The notes below the pieces were generated by a model. That model saw only the letters and a list, made by a program, of their open reading frames with translations. It had not been told where the DNA came from and ran no database searches. This document shows positions 18,463-30,428 of a DNA stretch of 64,000 bases, one piece after another. A program made the translations under genes and the position numbers. The stretch comes from Alphaproteobacteria bacterium (GTDB lineage: Bacteria; Pseudomonadota; Alphaproteobacteria; Bin95): NCBI GenBank assembly GCA_964291285.2, contig OZ219785.1:192001-256000 (forward strand), in the 5' to 3' direction. Numbering within the stretch: the stretch's first letter is position 1; every line of letters starts with the position of its first letter.

Positions 18463-19577
18463 CAGCGGTCTCCGCCGGCCTGTCCGCCCTCGAAACCGCG
18501 CCGCCACTCGTCGAAGCGGCCTTGCTCTATGGCGCTGCGGATTTCGGCCATCAGGGCCTGGTAGAAGGCGGTGTTGTGCCAGCTTAGCAGGGTCGCGCCC
18601 AGCATTTCGCGCGACTTGACGAGATGATGCAGATAGGCGCGGCTGAACTCCCGGCTCGCCGGGCAATCGACGCTTGGGTCCAGCGGCGCGGGGTCCTCGG
18701 CATGGCGGGCGTTGCGCAGGTTGAGCGGCCCCTCCCGGGTCCAGGCCTGCGCGGTGCGTCCGGACCGCGTCGGCAGCACGCAGTCGAACAGGTCTATGCC
18801 GCGCGCCACGGCGCCCACGATGTCGGCCGGCTTGCCCACACCCATCAGGTAGCGGGGCCGGTCCGCCGGCAGCGCATCGGGGACCGTATCGAGGACGGAG
18901 AACATCGCCGCCTGCCCTTCCCCGACCGCGAGGCCGCCGACCGCATAGCCGTCGAAGCCCATCCGCACCAGCGTCTCGGCGGACTCCGCGCGCAGATCGT
19001 CGTGCACGCCGCCCTGCACGATGCCGAACAGGCCGTAGCCGGGCCGGTCCCGGAAGGCGGCTCGGCAGCGCTCCGCCCAGCGCATCGACCGGCGCATGGA
19101 CTCGGCCGCGCCGTCCTTGTCGATGGGCCAGGGCGTGCATTCGTCGAGCGCCATGGTCACATCGGCGTCGAGCAGGTATTGCGCCTCGACCGCGCGCTCG
19201 GGCGTGAGTTCGAGGCGCGCGCCGTCAATATGGCTCCGGAAGCGCACCCCGCCCTCCCCGACTTTGGCGAGGTCGCCGAGCGACATGGCCTGGTAGCCGC
19301 CGGAATCGGTCAGGATCGGCCCCGGCCAGCGCATGAAGGCATGCAGCCCGCCGAGCCGAGCCACCCGTTCCGCGCCGGGCCGCAGCACGAGATGGTAGGT
19401 GTTGGCGAGCACCATCTGCGCGCCGGTTTCCGCCACCATGTCGGGCGTGAGCGCCTTCACGGTCGCCGCCGTGCCGACCGGCATGAACGCCGGCGTCTCG
19501 ACCGGGCCGTGCGCCGTCTGGAGCCGCCCGCGCCGGGCGCGCCCGTCAGTGCCCGTCAGCGCGAAGACCAGCGCCAT
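18462..19577 (-). CDS. tgt: Queuine tRNA-ribosyltransferase
   Basis: [44 protein letters not shown]. Confidence 0.97.
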   Translation of the reverse strand: MALVFALTGTDGRARRGRLQTAHGPVETPAFMPVGTAATVKALTPDMVAETGAQMVLANTYHLVLRPGAERVARLGGLHAFMRWPGPILTDSGGYQAMSLGDLAKVGEGGVRFRSHIDGARLELTPERAVEAQYLLDADVTMALDECTPWPIDKDGAAESMRRSMRWAERCRAAFRDRPGYGLFGIVQGGVHDDLRAESAETLVRMGFDGYAVGGLAVGEGQAAMFSVLDTVPDALPADRPRYLMGVGKPADIVGAVARGIDLFDCVLPTRSGRTAQAWTREGPLNLRNARHAEDPAPLDPSVDCPASREFSRAYLHHLVKSREMLGATLLSWHNTAFYQALMAEIRSAIEQGRFDEWRRGFEGGQAGGDR

Positions 19578-19578
19578 G

Positions 19579-20400
19579 TTACCCTTCGGCCTCGGCTTCC
19601 TCTTCCGCTTCGGCTTCCGCGCGGGCCCGGCGGCGTTCGATGCCGCGCGCGAGAGCAATCGAGATTTCGTAGAGAACGAGGCCCGGGAGCGCGAGACCGA
19701 CCTGGCTGATGATGTCGGGCGGGGTCAGCACCGCCGCCGTCAGGAACACGACCACGATGGCATATTTGCGCCCGCGCGCCAGCTGGTCGGCCGAGACGAT
19801 GCCGGCGCGGGCGACCAGCGTGAGCCCGACCGGCATCTGGAAGAAGAGCCCGAAGGCGAACATGAGCTTGATGACCAGCGAGAGATATTCGGAGACCTTG
19901 GCCTCGAGCTGGATCGGGAGCGTGCCGGTCTCGCCCTCCGCCCCCGGCGCGCCCGGCGTCTCGAAGGTCAGGAAGAACTCCCAGGCGAGCGGCATGACCG
20001 CGTAATAGACCATCGCCCCGCCGGCGAAGAACAGCACCGGCGTCGCCACGAGATAGGGCAGGAAGGCCTGTTTCTCGCGCCGGTAGAGGCCGGGCGCAAC
20101 GAAGCGCCAGAGCTGGTTCGAGATGACCGGGAAGGCGAGGAACAGCCCGGCATAGATGCCGATCTTGATATAGACGAAGAAGGGCTCGTAGAGCGCGGTG
20201 AAGATCATCCGCCGCCCGGCTTCGTCGCCGAGCGCGCGGGCGAGCGGCGCGGTCAGGAACTCGAAGATGTAGCTTGCGACGGAGACGCAGAGGATGAACC
20301 CTACCAGGAGGGCGATGACGGAATAGACCAGCCGGTTGCGCAGCTCGATGATGTGGTCGAGCAGCGGGGCTTCTTTGTCTTCTTCCGCCCCCTGGTTCAC
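19579..20400 (-). CDS. tatC: Twin-arginine translocase TatC
   Basis: [27 protein letters not shown]. Confidence 0.97.
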   Translation of the reverse strand: MNQGAEEDKEAPLLDHIIELRNRLVYSVIALLVGFILCVSVASYIFEFLTAPLARALGDEAGRRMIFTALYEPFFVYIKIGIYAGLFLAFPVISNQLWRFVAPGLYRREKQAFLPYLVATPVLFFAGGAMVYYAVMPLAWEFFLTFETPGAPGAEGETGTLPIQLEAKVSEYLSLVIKLMFAFGLFFQMPVGLTLVARAGIVSADQLARGRKYAIVVVFLTAAVLTPPDIISQVGLALPGLVLYEISIALARGIERRRARAEAEAEEEAEAEG

Positions 20401-20747
20401 CAGAGTTTCGCCGGCTTGCCGGACTCGGCGGCGGCCGCCGACGCCGTCACGGAAGGCTGTGGCGAGGCTGCGGCGGGCGGAGGCTGGCTGGCCGGCGGCT
20501 TGACGACGGCCTTGTCGTCAAGCCAGTTGTCCACGCGGGTAGCGCTCTCGACCGATTTCTTGACCTCGTCGAGCTCGGCCTCGCGTGCCATGTCCTCGAT
20601 GCCGGTCTGGAGCTCGCGCACCGTCGCCCGCGCCTTGCGCACCCAGCCGCCCACCGTCTTCAGCATTTTCGGCAGGTCGCGCGGGCCTATGACGACGATC
20701 GCGATAACCGCGATCACGAGCATTTCCGTCCAGCCGATATCGAGCAT
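20397..20747 (-). CDS. tatB: Twin-arginine translocase TatB
   Basis: MLDIGWTEMLVIAVIAIVVIGPRDLP. Confidence 0.95.
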   Translation of the reverse strand: MLDIGWTEMLVIAVIAIVVIGPRDLPKMLKTVGGWVRKARATVRELQTGIEDMAREAELDEVKKSVESATRVDNWLDDKAVVKPPASQPPPAAASPQPSVTASAAAAESGKPAKLW

Positions 20748-20772
20748 GGCGCGTTGCCGGCCCTCCCGGCCG

Positions 20773-20991
20773 TCAGGTGCGGGCTGCGGTGTCTTTTTCG
20801 CTTTCGGCGGCGGCGACGGTCTCCGCCGGCTTGGACTCGATGGCCGTCTCGCGGTCTTCCTCGTTCAAGCCCTTCTTGAAGTTCTTCACGCCCTTGGCGA
20901 GATCGCCCATCACGCGCGGCAGTTTCCCGGCGCCGAAGAGGATCAGGATTATCACCAGGACGATGATGACTTGCCAGGGACCGATGCTCAT
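20773..20991 (-). CDS. tatA: Twin-arginine translocase TatA
   Basis: [33 protein letters not shown]. Confidence 0.95.
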   Translation of the reverse strand: MSIGPWQVIIVLVIILILFGAGKLPRVMGDLAKGVKNFKKGLNEEDRETAIESKPAETVAAAESEKDTAART

Positions 20992-21053
20992 ATGCTGTGC
21001 CTCCTGCTGCTGGCCGCCCTTATCGCAGAAGCGCGCGCCGCCCGCAACGCGGC

Positions 21054-22136
21054 TCAATCGCGAGGAAAGACGAAGACCTGCTCGCCGTCCAGCGAAAGCT
21101 GGCGCACCTCGCCCTCGCCGGCGGGAACGCGGCCGGGGGATCGGACATGGAGATGGACGCCTTCCGGGGCGTCGGGACCGTAAACGCCCCGGGCGGCGGC
21201 GGCGAGCGTGAGATGGACGAGCGTGCTGCGGCCGACCATGCGCACGGCATCGACCCGGGCTTCCGCGCCGGCGCCTTCCGGTTCGCCGATGCGGATCGCC
21301 TCGGGCCGGACAAGCACCTGCACGGCCGATCCGTCCGCGAAACCGGGAGCGGCAACGGACCCGAGCGGCGTTTCCACCCGTCCTCCCGCCACCAGTCCGT
21401 CGAACCGGTTCACCTCACCGAGGAACATGGCGACGAAGGGGCCGGCGGGTTCGCAATAGATTTCCTCCGGCGTGCCGTTCTGGACCACCCGGCCGTCCTG
21501 CATCACCACCACCCGGTCGGCCATCATCATGGCTTCCTCGGCATTGTGGGTGACGAACAGGGTCGCGGCGCCGCTCGTCTTCAGGAGGTGCATGGAATCG
21601 TCGCGCACCCGGCCGCGCAACTCCGGGTCGAGGCCGGAGAACGGCTCGTCCAGAAGCACCAGATAGGGCTCCGGCGCGAGCGCGCGGGCGAGCGCGACGC
21701 GCTGCTGCTGGCCGCCGGAGAGGACATGGGGATAGGCGCCGGCATAGGCGGACATGCCGACCTTGTCGAGCAGTTCGTCGGCCCGGCGGCGTTGCTCCCG
21801 CCCCGCGAGGCGGCTCAGGCCGAAGGTGACGTTGTCGCGCACCCTGAGATGCGGGAAGAGGGCATAGTCCTGGAACATCATCGAGACGCGCCGTTGCTCG
21901 GGCGGCACGGTCAGGCCCGGGCCGGTCACGGTCTCGCCGGCGATGGCGACCCGCCCGGCCGCCGGACGTTCGAGGCCCGCGACGAGGCGCAATGTGGTGG
22001 TCTTGCCGCAGCCGGACGGCCCGAGCAGGCACACGATCTCGCCGGCATCCACCGCGAAGCTCACGCCGTCGAGCACGGTCTCGCCGTCATAGCCGTGCTC
22101 CAGGTCCTCCACTTCCAGAAGAATAGGTGCGCTCAT
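21054..22136 (-). CDS. ABC transporter ATP-binding protein (FbpC/PotA-like)
   Basis: [31 protein letters not shown]; C-terminal TOBE-like region. Confidence 0.92.
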   Translation of the reverse strand: MSAPILLEVEDLEHGYDGETVLDGVSFAVDAGEIVCLLGPSGCGKTTTLRLVAGLERPAAGRVAIAGETVTGPGLTVPPEQRRVSMMFQDYALFPHLRVRDNVTFGLSRLAGREQRRRADELLDKVGMSAYAGAYPHVLSGGQQQRVALARALAPEPYLVLLDEPFSGLDPELRGRVRDDSMHLLKTSGAATLFVTHNAEEAMMMADRVVVMQDGRVVQNGTPEEIYCEPAGPFVAMFLGEVNRFDGLVAGGRVETPLGSVAAPGFADGSAVQVLVRPEAIRIGEPEGAGAEARVDAVRMVGRSTLVHLTLAAAARGVYGPDAPEGVHLHVRSPGRVPAGEGEVRQLSLDGEQVFVFPRD

Positions 22137-22150
22137 TCCCGCCGTTCCGC

Positions 22151-22840
22151 TCAGATGACCGTTATGAGCCCCTCGATGATCCATTCGACCGGCCGCCAGA
22201 GCAGCCAGTCCACCGGATTGAACCCGATGCCCGCCCTGGACAGCAGCCAGGGCAGCACAAACAGCACGAGAAGGATAAGCACGATCCCGCCGCGCTCCAA
22301 GCGCGCGAGGCGGCTGGCGATTCGGGCGGGCAGCAGCGCCGTCAGGATGCGCCCGCCGTCCAGCGGCGGCACCGGGAGCATGTTGAAGACGGCAAGCACG
22401 GTGTTGAGGATCACGCTCTTCCGGGCGGTCTCGGCCACCCAGTCGCGCCCCGGAAATTCCGGCGCCCAGCCCAGGGTCTGGAGCACGACCAGCGAGAGCA
22501 CGCAAAGCGCAAGATTGGCGGCCGGGCCCGCGACCGCCACCAGCGCCATGCCGAGCCGGACGGGCCGGAGCCGCCCGAAAGCCACCGGCACCGGCTTTGC
22601 GTAGCCGATCAGGAAGGGCGCGCCGGAAAGCAGCAGCAGCCCCGGCAGCAGCAGCGTCCCGAAAGGGTCGATATGGCGGACGGGATTGACCGTGACCCTG
22701 CCGAGCCGGCGGGCGGTGTCGTCGCCGAGCTTCCAGGCGGCCCAGCCATGCGCCGCCTCATGGCAACCCACGGCCAGCAGCAGGGGCAGCGCCCAGACCG
22801 ACAATTGGTAAAGGAATTCCTCCAGCGAAACGCCGCTCAC
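22151..22840 (-). CDS. Site-2 protease family (M50)
   Basis: HEAAH, AGPAAN, FNMLPVPPLDG. Confidence 0.93.
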   Translation of the reverse strand: MSGVSLEEFLYQLSVWALPLLLAVGCHEAAHGWAAWKLGDDTARRLGRVTVNPVRHIDPFGTLLLPGLLLLSGAPFLIGYAKPVPVAFGRLRPVRLGMALVAVAGPAANLALCVLSLVVLQTLGWAPEFPGRDWVAETARKSVILNTVLAVFNMLPVPPLDGGRILTALLPARIASRLARLERGGIVLILLVLFVLPWLLSRAGIGFNPVDWLLWRPVEWIIEGLITVI

Positions 22841-23802
22841 GACGCCCCCAGCCAGTTCCGGGCGCGCCGCCAGCGCCCTGCCGCCGCCGCCGTCATGCGG
22901 CCGGCCGCGGCGGCGACCTCGGCCATCTCGGCGGCATCTGCGTTGCAGTGGAGCGCGATGTCGCAGCCGGCGTCGAGCGCCCGGCGGGTCCTCGCGCCGA
23001 ACGGACCGTCGAGCGCGCGCATGGAAAGGTCGTCGGTGAGCAGCAGCCCGTCGAAGCCGATACGCCCGCGCACCACCTCCCCGATCACCGCCGGCGAGAG
23101 CGTTGCCGGCAGCCGGGCGTCCCAGTCGCGGTAGAGCACATGCGCGGTCATGCCGACGGGGAGGTCGGCCAGCGCGGAGAAGGCCGCGACCGACGGCTCG
23201 TCCGCGTCGGTATCCGGCAGGGTCTCATGGCTGTCGGCCGCGGCCCGGCCATGGCCCGGCAGGTGCTTGAGCACCGGCAGCACGCCCGCATCCCTCAGGC
23301 CCTGGGCATAGGCGCGGGCATGGGCTGCAACGATGGCGGGATCGCTGGAGAAGGCGCGTTCGCCGATCACCTCATGGGTGAGTCCCGGCGCGTGGACATC
23401 CGCGACCGGGGCGCAGTTCACGTCGATGCCGAGCCCGGCCAGCATCCCGCCGATGGCGCGCGCCGTTGCCCGCGTCGCGCCGACAGGCCCCTCGGCCAGC
23501 CGGGCGGCGGAGGGAAAGGCCGGCCATTCAGGCGGGCCGAGCCGGGCTACGCGCCCGCCTTCCTGGTCGATCAGCACGGGCGCGGCGCCGTCCCCGACCG
23601 CCTCGCGCAGCTCGGAGGTGAGCCGGCGGATGGCGGCGGCGTCCCCGAGATTACGCTCGAAAAGGATGAAGCCCAGCGGGTCCGCATCACGGAAGAAGCC
23701 TCGCTCCCGGGCCGTGAGCACAGGGCCGGCGCAGCCGAAAATGGCTGCAAGCGGCGCCTTGCGCGAGCCGGTCCGCTCAGCGGACGAGGAAGCAATCGAC
23801 AT
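22837..23802 (-). CDS. nagZ: Beta-N-acetylhexosaminidase (start uncertain)
   Basis: GFILFERN, IDQEGGRV, KHLPGHG..DSH, DDLSM. Confidence 0.93.
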   Translation of the reverse strand: MSIASSSAERTGSRKAPLAAIFGCAGPVLTARERGFFRDADPLGFILFERNLGDAAAIRRLTSELREAVGDGAAPVLIDQEGGRVARLGPPEWPAFPSAARLAEGPVGATRATARAIGGMLAGLGIDVNCAPVADVHAPGLTHEVIGERAFSSDPAIVAAHARAYAQGLRDAGVLPVLKHLPGHGRAAADSHETLPDTDADEPSVAAFSALADLPVGMTAHVLYRDWDARLPATLSPAVIGEVVRGRIGFDGLLLTDDLSMRALDGPFGARTRRALDAGCDIALHCNADAAEMAEVAAAAGRMTAAAAGRWRRARNWLGAS

Positions 23803-24460
23803 CGCGCGCCTTGAGCTGTTCGCAGACGAGTTGCGCCAGCGCCGCGTTCGAGACGGGGCCTGCGCGGACGCGGACGACCCCGCCGCCGTGGGCGAATTGC
23901 GCTTCCATGCGCCCCAGCAGGTCGTCATGCCGCTTCTTGAGCTCCTCCCACGCCTCGCGGGCGGCAGCCTCGGTGCCGAACGCGCCAAGCTGCACGGAAA
24001 GGGGGGTTGCAGTTTCCTGTTGCGGCCTTGCGGACGGCGTCGGGGGCGCGGGCGGGGCGGCAGCGGTCGCGCTGCCGCCCCGAGGGGCGGGCACCGGCAT
24101 GGGCGCGGCTTTCGTGCCGGCTTCCGCCGGTTCGGAGGACGGCGCGGGCGTCGGAGGCGGGATCACCGGCCGGGGCGCCTCCGGCAGCGGGCCGATGGTC
24201 TCCGGCACCGCGCCCGGCCGGCCGCGCACCAGCGCCTCGTAAATGCTCGCATCCTGATGGTCCACCTCGAGCCCTCCCGGCTCCTTCGGCGCTACCTTGT
24301 AATCCCCCTCAGGGGCCTTGACGACGGGCAGGTCTGCATCGCTCGACCCCTGCAGCGCCCAGTAACCGAACCACAGCAGCCCCCCGAGCGCGACGACCGA
24401 CAACACGCCCAGACCCGCCAGCCGGAGCGTGTGGCGCCGGTTGTCGGACGCCGCTGCCAC
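23777..24460 (-). CDS. SPOR-domain membrane protein
   Basis: TM helix, KVAP..PGG, Pro/Ala linker, VQLGAF..RVRAGP..C..LK...DC; lies between argS and nagZ. Confidence 0.85.
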   Translation of the reverse strand: MAAASDNRRHTLRLAGLGVLSVVALGGLLWFGYWALQGSSDADLPVVKAPEGDYKVAPKEPGGLEVDHQDASIYEALVRGRPGAVPETIGPLPEAPRPVIPPPTPAPSSEPAEAGTKAAPMPVPAPRGGSATAAAPPAPPTPSARPQQETATPLSVQLGAFGTEAAAREAWEELKKRHDDLLGRMEAQFAHGGGVVRVRAGPVSNAALAQLVCEQLKARDVDCFLVR

Positions 24461-24464
24461 GGCC

Positions 24465-26171
24465 CTACATCCGTTCCACCGGCTCGACGCCGAGCGTCCG
24501 GAGCCCCCCGGCGATGACGATGGCGGTCGCGCGGACCAGCGCCAGCCGGGCGCGCGTGCCAGCCGGGTCGTCCTCCTTGATGAAGCGGAGCCGGGCGTTC
24601 TCGCGGCCCTTCGTCCAGAGCGCGTGGAAATCGGTCGCGGCGTCCATGAGGTAGAAGGCCGCGCGGTGCGGCTCATGCGCGGCGGCGGCCGCCTCAACCG
24701 TCTGCGGCCACGCCGCCAGCCTGCGGATCAGCGCCAGCTCTTCGGGCTCGTCCAGCCGCGCCAGGTCCTCCGCGCCCGCCTCGCCGATTCCCTCGCCGTG
24801 GCGCAGCACGGAGCAGCAGCGGGCATGGGCGTATTGGACATAGAACACCGGGTTGTCACGCGACTGGGCCACCGCCTGGGCGAGGTCGAAATCGAGCGGC
24901 GCATCGTTGCGGCGGGTGAGCATCAGGAAGCGCAGCGCATCCCGCCCTACCTCCTCCACCACCTCGCGCAAGGTGACGAAATCGCCGCTGCGCTTGGACA
25001 TGCGCACCAGTTCGCCGCCGCGCAACACGCGCACGAGTTGGCAAATTTTCACATCCAGCCTAGCATCGGTCGCGGCCGACACGGCCGCCTGCATCCGCTT
25101 GACATAGCCGCCATGGTCGGCGCCCCACACGTCTATGAGTTCCTCGAAGCCGCGCGCCGCCTTGTCCATGTGGTAGGCGATGTCGGAGGCGAAATAGGTC
25201 CAGCCGCCGTCCGACTTCTTCAGCGGCCGGTCCACATCGTCTCCCGCCCCTGTCGAGCGGAACAGCATCTGCTGGCGGCCCGGCTCCCAATCGTCCGGTT
25301 TCCTGCCCTTGGGCGGGTCCAGCACGCCCCAATAGACCAGCCCCTTCTCCTCCAGCCCCGCGATGGCGCGCTCGACGCCGCCGGATTCGACCAGCCCGCG
25401 TTCCGAAGTGAACACCTCCTGCTCGATGCCGGCGGCGGCAAGGTCCTCGCGGATCGCCGCCATCATCACGGCGACGGCCCGGTCGCGGAAGGGCGCCAGC
25501 CATTCGGATTCGCCGGCGTCCCGGTAACGCGGGCCGAATTCCTCCGCAAGTGCTGCGCCCACCGGCTTCAGATAGTCGCCGGGATACATGTCCTCCGCCA
25601 TCGGCCCCGGCGCCGCGCCCAGCGCCTCCAGATAGCGGTGGTGGACGGAACGGCCGAGCGCATCCACCTGGGCGCCGGCATCGTTGATGTAATACTCGGT
25701 GGTGACGTCGTAGCCGGCCCTGGCGAGCAGGCGGGCCAGCGCATCGCCGAAGACCGCGCCCCGTGCATGTCCGACATGCAGCGGACCGGTCGGGTTGGTG
25801 GAGACATATTCGACATTCACCCGCCGGCCCGCGCCCCCGTCCGAATCCCCATAGGCCGTACCTGCCGCAAGGATCGCCGGAATCTGCGCCCGCCAGAACC
25901 CGGGCGCCATGCGCAGATTGACGAAACCGGGGCCGGCGACCTCGGCGCTCGCGACCCTCCCGTCGGTGCGCAGGCGCTCCGAAAGCGCCTCCGCCAGGTC
26001 GCGGGGCTTCATGCGCGCGGCGCGGGCCGCCGTCATCGCCGCATTGGTGGCGAAATCCCCATGCGCGGGGTCGCGCGGCAGTTCCACGCCGGCAGCGGGC
26101 GCGTCCAGCCCGTCCGCAACATCGCGGAGGGCGGCGCGCACGGCCTGTCCGAGTTCGCGAAAAACATTCAT
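24465..26171 (-). CDS. argS: Arginine--tRNA ligase
   Basis: [36 protein letters not shown]. Confidence 0.98.
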   Translation of the reverse strand: MNVFRELGQAVRAALRDVADGLDAPAAGVELPRDPAHGDFATNAAMTAARAARMKPRDLAEALSERLRTDGRVASAEVAGPGFVNLRMAPGFWRAQIPAILAAGTAYGDSDGGAGRRVNVEYVSTNPTGPLHVGHARGAVFGDALARLLARAGYDVTTEYYINDAGAQVDALGRSVHHRYLEALGAAPGPMAEDMYPGDYLKPVGAALAEEFGPRYRDAGESEWLAPFRDRAVAVMMAAIREDLAAAGIEQEVFTSERGLVESGGVERAIAGLEEKGLVYWGVLDPPKGRKPDDWEPGRQQMLFRSTGAGDDVDRPLKKSDGGWTYFASDIAYHMDKAARGFEELIDVWGADHGGYVKRMQAAVSAATDARLDVKICQLVRVLRGGELVRMSKRSGDFVTLREVVEEVGRDALRFLMLTRRNDAPLDFDLAQAVAQSRDNPVFYVQYAHARCCSVLRHGEGIGEAGAEDLARLDEPEELALIRRLAAWPQTVEAAAAAHEPHRAAFYLMDAATDFHALWTKGRENARLRFIKEDDPAGTRARLALVRATAIVIAGGLRTLGVEPVERM

Positions 26172-27331
26172 CCGGGCAAGCGGTCTCCCATGCAGAGGCG
26201 GGCATGTTTGCTGTCGGCGTAGCGGTCGGTCATGCCGGCAATATAGTCCGCGACGATGCGCGCCGCCCGGCGGGCGTCTGCTCCTTCCGCGCGGCGGCGC
26301 CATTCCGGGGGCAGCGCCCCGGGCCGGGCCGAAAACGCACGGAACAGGTCCGCCACCACGATCCTGGCCCTCCCGGTCTCCGCCTCGATACGGGGATGGC
26401 GGAAGAGCCGCTCGCGCATGAAGGCCTTGAGCGCCCGGTCCGTCTCCGCCATGCCTTCCGAGAAGGCGACTAGCGGCCGGCCCGCCCGGCGGACGTCGGC
26501 GGCGGTCTCCGGTCGGGCCTCGGCGAGCCGCCGGCGCGTCTCCGCCACCGTGTCAGCCACCATGGCGCGCACGCCCCGGCGCACCGTCTCATGGATGAGG
26601 CGCGCCGGCGGCAGCCTGCCGTAGCAGGCTTCAACCTCCGCTATGGCCTCCCCGAAGAGCGGCAGGCCCCGCAGATCGTCGAGGCGCAGCAGCCCGGAGC
26701 GGACGCCGTCGTCGATATCGTGGTTATTGTAGGCGATGTCGTCGGCGAGCGCGGCGGCCTGCGCTTCGAGGCCGGGCCACTCGTCGAGGCACAGATTCAA
26801 CTCGCGGTCGAGTTCCGCAACGGGCGGGGAGACCGTGCCGGGCGCGGCAGGCCCGTTATGCTTGGCGAGCCCTTCAAGCGTTTCCCAAGTGAGGTTCAGG
26901 CCGTCGAAGGCGGCGTAACGGGCCTCCAGCCGGGTGACGATGCGCAGGGTCTGTACATTGTGGTCGAAGCCGCCGCAGCCGGCGAGCGCCTTGTCGAGCG
27001 CGGCTTCGCCCGCATGGCCGAACGGCGTGTGGCCGAGATCGTGCGCGAGCGCCAGCGTCTCCGCCAGCGTCTCGTCGAGCGCGAGGCTGCGGCAGATGCT
27101 GCGCGCGATCTGGCCGACTTCCAGCGAGTGGGTCAGCCGGCTGCGGTAATGGTCGCCCTCATGCGAGACGAACACCTGCGTCTTGTATTGCAGCCGGCGG
27201 AAGGCGGCCGAGTGGAGGATGCGGTCGCGGTCGCGCTGGAAGGGCGTGCGGTCGGGGGCTTCAGGCTCCTGCCAGCGCCGGCCCCGCCCGGAACAGGGAG
27301 AGGCGGCATAGGGCGCAAGCGGCGCGTTCAT
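26168..27331 (-). CDS. dgt: Deoxyguanosinetriphosphate triphosphohydrolase
   Basis: [34 protein letters not shown]. Confidence 0.96.
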   Translation of the reverse strand: MNAPLAPYAASPCSGRGRRWQEPEAPDRTPFQRDRDRILHSAAFRRLQYKTQVFVSHEGDHYRSRLTHSLEVGQIARSICRSLALDETLAETLALAHDLGHTPFGHAGEAALDKALAGCGGFDHNVQTLRIVTRLEARYAAFDGLNLTWETLEGLAKHNGPAAPGTVSPPVAELDRELNLCLDEWPGLEAQAAALADDIAYNNHDIDDGVRSGLLRLDDLRGLPLFGEAIAEVEACYGRLPPARLIHETVRRGVRAMVADTVAETRRRLAEARPETAADVRRAGRPLVAFSEGMAETDRALKAFMRERLFRHPRIEAETGRARIVVADLFRAFSARPGALPPEWRRRAEGADARRAARIVADYIAGMTDRYADSKHARLCMGDRLPG

Positions 27332-27495
27332 CGCCGCCGGCCGGCCGCGCTGCCGCCTTCGCCCATCCTGTCGGTCATATGCTGTCCTTTTCGGGGCTTC
27401 CGCCCTGACACCCCGTCCGGCGGCGGCCCGCAACATAGCATTACGGGGCTCCCGAGGGCCAGAGGTCCGTTTTCGTTCTTGCCTGGCAGGGCCGC

Positions 27496-28296
27496 TCAGG
27501 CCCCCCGGAAATTCGCCGGGCGCGATTCGCGGAAAGCGGCGACGCCCTCGGCGAAGTCCTCGGTCAGTTCGGTCAGCATCACCTCCTCCGTGTCCATGTG
27601 GATGGCGGCTCCGGCGAGCGCGCCCGCTATGGCGTTGACCGTCGTCTTGGTCATACGCAGCGGGACGGGCGGCATGGCGGCGGCGCGGGCGGCGAGTTGG
27701 AGCGCGCAGTCCGCCGCCCTGCCGTCCTCCACCACCTCCTGGGCCAGCCCCCAGGCGAGCGCGTCGGCGGCCTCGATGCGGTCATTGCCGAGGCAGAGGA
27801 TCTGCTTGGCGCGAGCCGGGCCCACAAGCGCGACGAGGCGCGGGATCGTGCCCCAGCTCATGGAGAGGCCGAGCGCCACCTCCGGGGCCCGGAAATGCGC
27901 GCCCTTGCCCATCACGCGAAGGTCGAAGGCGGCCGCGAGCGCGAGCCCGCCGCCGATGGCGAACCGCTCTATCGCGGCGACGGTGAACTGCTCCAGCCCC
28001 TCCCAGGCCGCGCAGAGGCGCTTGCCCGCCCCGGCCGCGTGGCGCCGGGCGAGCATCGGCTTGTCGCGGCGCAATTCCATCGCGGGGTCCGCGAGGTCGC
28101 GCCCGGCCGAGAAGCCGCTGCCGTCGGGCGTGCGCAGCACGATAGCGGAGGTTTCGAGGTCCTCCGCGAAGCCCAGCGCGACCTCGGTCAATTCCTCTAT
28201 CGCCTTGAGCGACAGCGGGTTCAGCCGGTTGCCGCGGTCGAAGGTAACGGTTGCGACGCGGCCCTCGCGCCGGATGGAGACATAGTCGTAAGCCAT
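27496..28296 (-). CDS. Enoyl-CoA hydratase/isomerase family
   Basis: FSAGRDL, AIGGG..LA..FDLR, PEVALG, EGVAAFRE. Confidence 0.92.
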   Translation of the reverse strand: MAYDYVSIRREGRVATVTFDRGNRLNPLSLKAIEELTEVALGFAEDLETSAIVLRTPDGSGFSAGRDLADPAMELRRDKPMLARRHAAGAGKRLCAAWEGLEQFTVAAIERFAIGGGLALAAAFDLRVMGKGAHFRAPEVALGLSMSWGTIPRLVALVGPARAKQILCLGNDRIEAADALAWGLAQEVVEDGRAADCALQLAARAAAMPPVPLRMTKTTVNAIAGALAGAAIHMDTEEVMLTELTEDFAEGVAAFRESRPANFRGA

Positions 28297-28331
28297 GACG
28301 GGAACGGTCCTTGTCGGGTGGCGGGAAGAGT

Positions 28332-28982
28332 TCAGAGGCCGAGCGCCCGGGGAATGTCCGGGAAGCGCTCCAGCAGAGGCGCTGCGCCGCATGGCCGGCC
28401 ATAGCCGTAGCCGACGCCGATGAACAGCGCTCCCGCGCTCCGCGCCGCCTCCTCGTCATTGCGGGAATCGCCAACCAGCGCCGCAGAGGCGGGCCGGCTG
28501 CCGAGCGGCTCCAGGCAGGCAAGCAGATGGCGCGGGTCGGGCTTGCGGAACGGCGTGCAATCGCCGCCGACCAGCACCTGGAACCGCTCCCGGACGCCGA
28601 GCGCAGAGAGCGTGCGGTCGGCGGCCGCCTGCGGCTTGTTGGTGCAGACGCCGAGCCTGAGGCCGGCCGCCGCCAGCCGCGCCAGCGTTTCCCCGACACC
28701 CGGATAAAGCCGCCCGAGGACCGGCTGGTCTGGGTCCACATAGGCGCTGGCGAAGGCGCGGGCGCCGCGGTCGAGCGCATCGCTGTCCATCGGTCCGCCG
28801 CGCAGCGCAAAGGCGCGTTCGACGGCCTTGCGGGCGCCGTCGCCGATGAGGCGCGCGGCTTCCTCGCTCGTGACCGGCCTGAGGCCCTCGCCCGCCAGCG
28901 CGGCGTTCGCCGCAAACGCGATGTCCGCGGCGCTGTCCACCAGCGTGCCGTCGAGATCGAAGATGACGGTGTCGATTGTCAT
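28332..28982 (-). CDS. gph: Phosphoglycolate phosphatase (HAD)
   Basis: FDLDGTLVDS, TNKP, KPDP, VGDS..D; divergent from glmU. Confidence 0.88.
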   Translation of the reverse strand: MTIDTVIFDLDGTLVDSAADIAFAANAALAGEGLRPVTSEEAARLIGDGARKAVERAFALRGGPMDSDALDRGARAFASAYVDPDQPVLGRLYPGVGETLARLAAAGLRLGVCTNKPQAAADRTLSALGVRERFQVLVGGDCTPFRKPDPRHLLACLEPLGSRPASAALVGDSRNDEEAARSAGALFIGVGYGYGRPCGAAPLLERFPDIPRALGL

Positions 28983-29071
28983 AATCCGAAACAAAGCTTG
29001 AACCGCCGCCGATTGCGCCGCAACGATTTTCGCATAGGTTTCGGGCGGGTTCCGAAAACGGAGGGACGGAC

Positions 29072-30415
29072 ATGGCGCGGCAGGCGCCGGCGGCGGTGGT
29101 GCTGGCGGCAGGCAGGGGCGAACGGATGCGCTCGTCGATGCCGAAGGCGCTGCACGAGATCGCGGGCCGGGCAATGGTCGCCCATGTGGTCGATTCGCTG
29201 GGCGAGCTTGCGCCGGAGCGCATCGTCTGCGTCACCGGGCCCGGCATGGACGAGGTGGCCGCGGCCGCCCGGCCGGCGGAGGCGGCCGTGCAGGCGGAAC
29301 GGCTCGGTACCGGCCATGCCGTGCTCGCGGCGCGCGAAGCGCTCGCCGGTTTCGAGGGCGCGGTGCTGGTGCTGTTCGCGGACACGCCGCTCATCCGGGC
29401 GGAGACGATGCGGGCGCTTGCCGATGCGGTGGACACCGGGGCGGCTGTCGCCGTGCTGGGAATGCGCCCCGCCGGCGCCAACGAATACGGGCGGGTGGTT
29501 CTCGACGAGGCGGGCCGGCCGGAGGCGATCGTGGAATGGCGCGACGCCGGGCCGGAGGCGCGAGCGCTGCCGGTCTGCAATGCGGGCGTCATGGCGGTGG
29601 ACGGCCGCCGGCTCTTCGCGCTGCTCGACCGGGTGGGCAACGACAACGCCAGGGGCGAATACTACCTGACAGACATCGTGGCGCTCGCGCGGGCCGACGG
29701 GCTGGAAACCGCGCTGGTCGAGGTGCGGGAGGAAGAGGCGCTCGGCGTCAACTCGCGCGCCGAACTCGCCCGCGCCGAGGCCGTCATGCAGCGCCGGCTG
29801 AGAGAGAGCGCCTTCGACGCCGGGGTCACGATGCCGATGCCGGAGACGGTCTATCTCAGCTACGACACCCGTTTCGGCAGGGACGTCACCGTCGGCCCGA
29901 ACACGGTGTTCCTGACCGATGTGACGGTCGAGGACAATGTCGATATCCGGGCGTTCTGCCATCTGAAGGGCGCGGTCGTGCGCTCGGGCGCGCGGGTCGG
30001 CCCCTATGCGCGGCTCAGGCCCGGAGCCGATGTCGGGCCCGGCGCAGGGGTCGGCAATTTCGTCGAGGTGAAGAACGCCGTGCTGGAGGCGGGCGCGAAG
30101 GCGAACCATCTCGCCTATATCGGCGATGCGCATGTCGGCGCGGGCGCCAATATCGGCGCGGGCACCATCACCTGCAACTATGACGGCTTCCGCAAGCACC
30201 GGACCGAAATCGGCGCGGGCGCGTTCATCGGCTCCAACACCGCGCTGGTGGCGCCTGTCTCGGTCGGCCCGGGCGCGGTGGTGGGCGCGGGCTCGACCGT
30301 CAGCCGCAATGTCGAGGCGGACGCGCTGGTGGTGGAGCGCGCCGAACAGACCGAACGCAAGGGCTGGGCCGCCCGCCTTCGCATGCGGCGCAGCCGCCAG
30401 TCCCCGGGCGACTGA
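29072..30415 (+). CDS. glmU: Bifunctional UDP-GlcNAc pyrophosphorylase/acetyltransferase
   Basis: LAAGRGERMRS..PK, EYYLTD, GNFVEVK, ITCNYDG. Confidence 0.97.
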   Translation: MARQAPAAVVLAAGRGERMRSSMPKALHEIAGRAMVAHVVDSLGELAPERIVCVTGPGMDEVAAAARPAEAAVQAERLGTGHAVLAAREALAGFEGAVLVLFADTPLIRAETMRALADAVDTGAAVAVLGMRPAGANEYGRVVLDEAGRPEAIVEWRDAGPEARALPVCNAGVMAVDGRRLFALLDRVGNDNARGEYYLTDIVALARADGLETALVEVREEEALGVNSRAELARAEAVMQRRLRESAFDAGVTMPMPETVYLSYDTRFGRDVTVGPNTVFLTDVTVEDNVDIRAFCHLKGAVVRSGARVGPYARLRPGADVGPGAGVGNFVEVKNAVLEAGAKANHLAYIGDAHVGAGANIGAGTITCNYDGFRKHRTEIGAGAFIGSNTALVAPVSVGPGAVVGAGSTVSRNVEADALVVERAEQTERKGWAARLRMRRSRQSPGD

Positions 30416-30428
30416 CGGAGCCCGGCCC

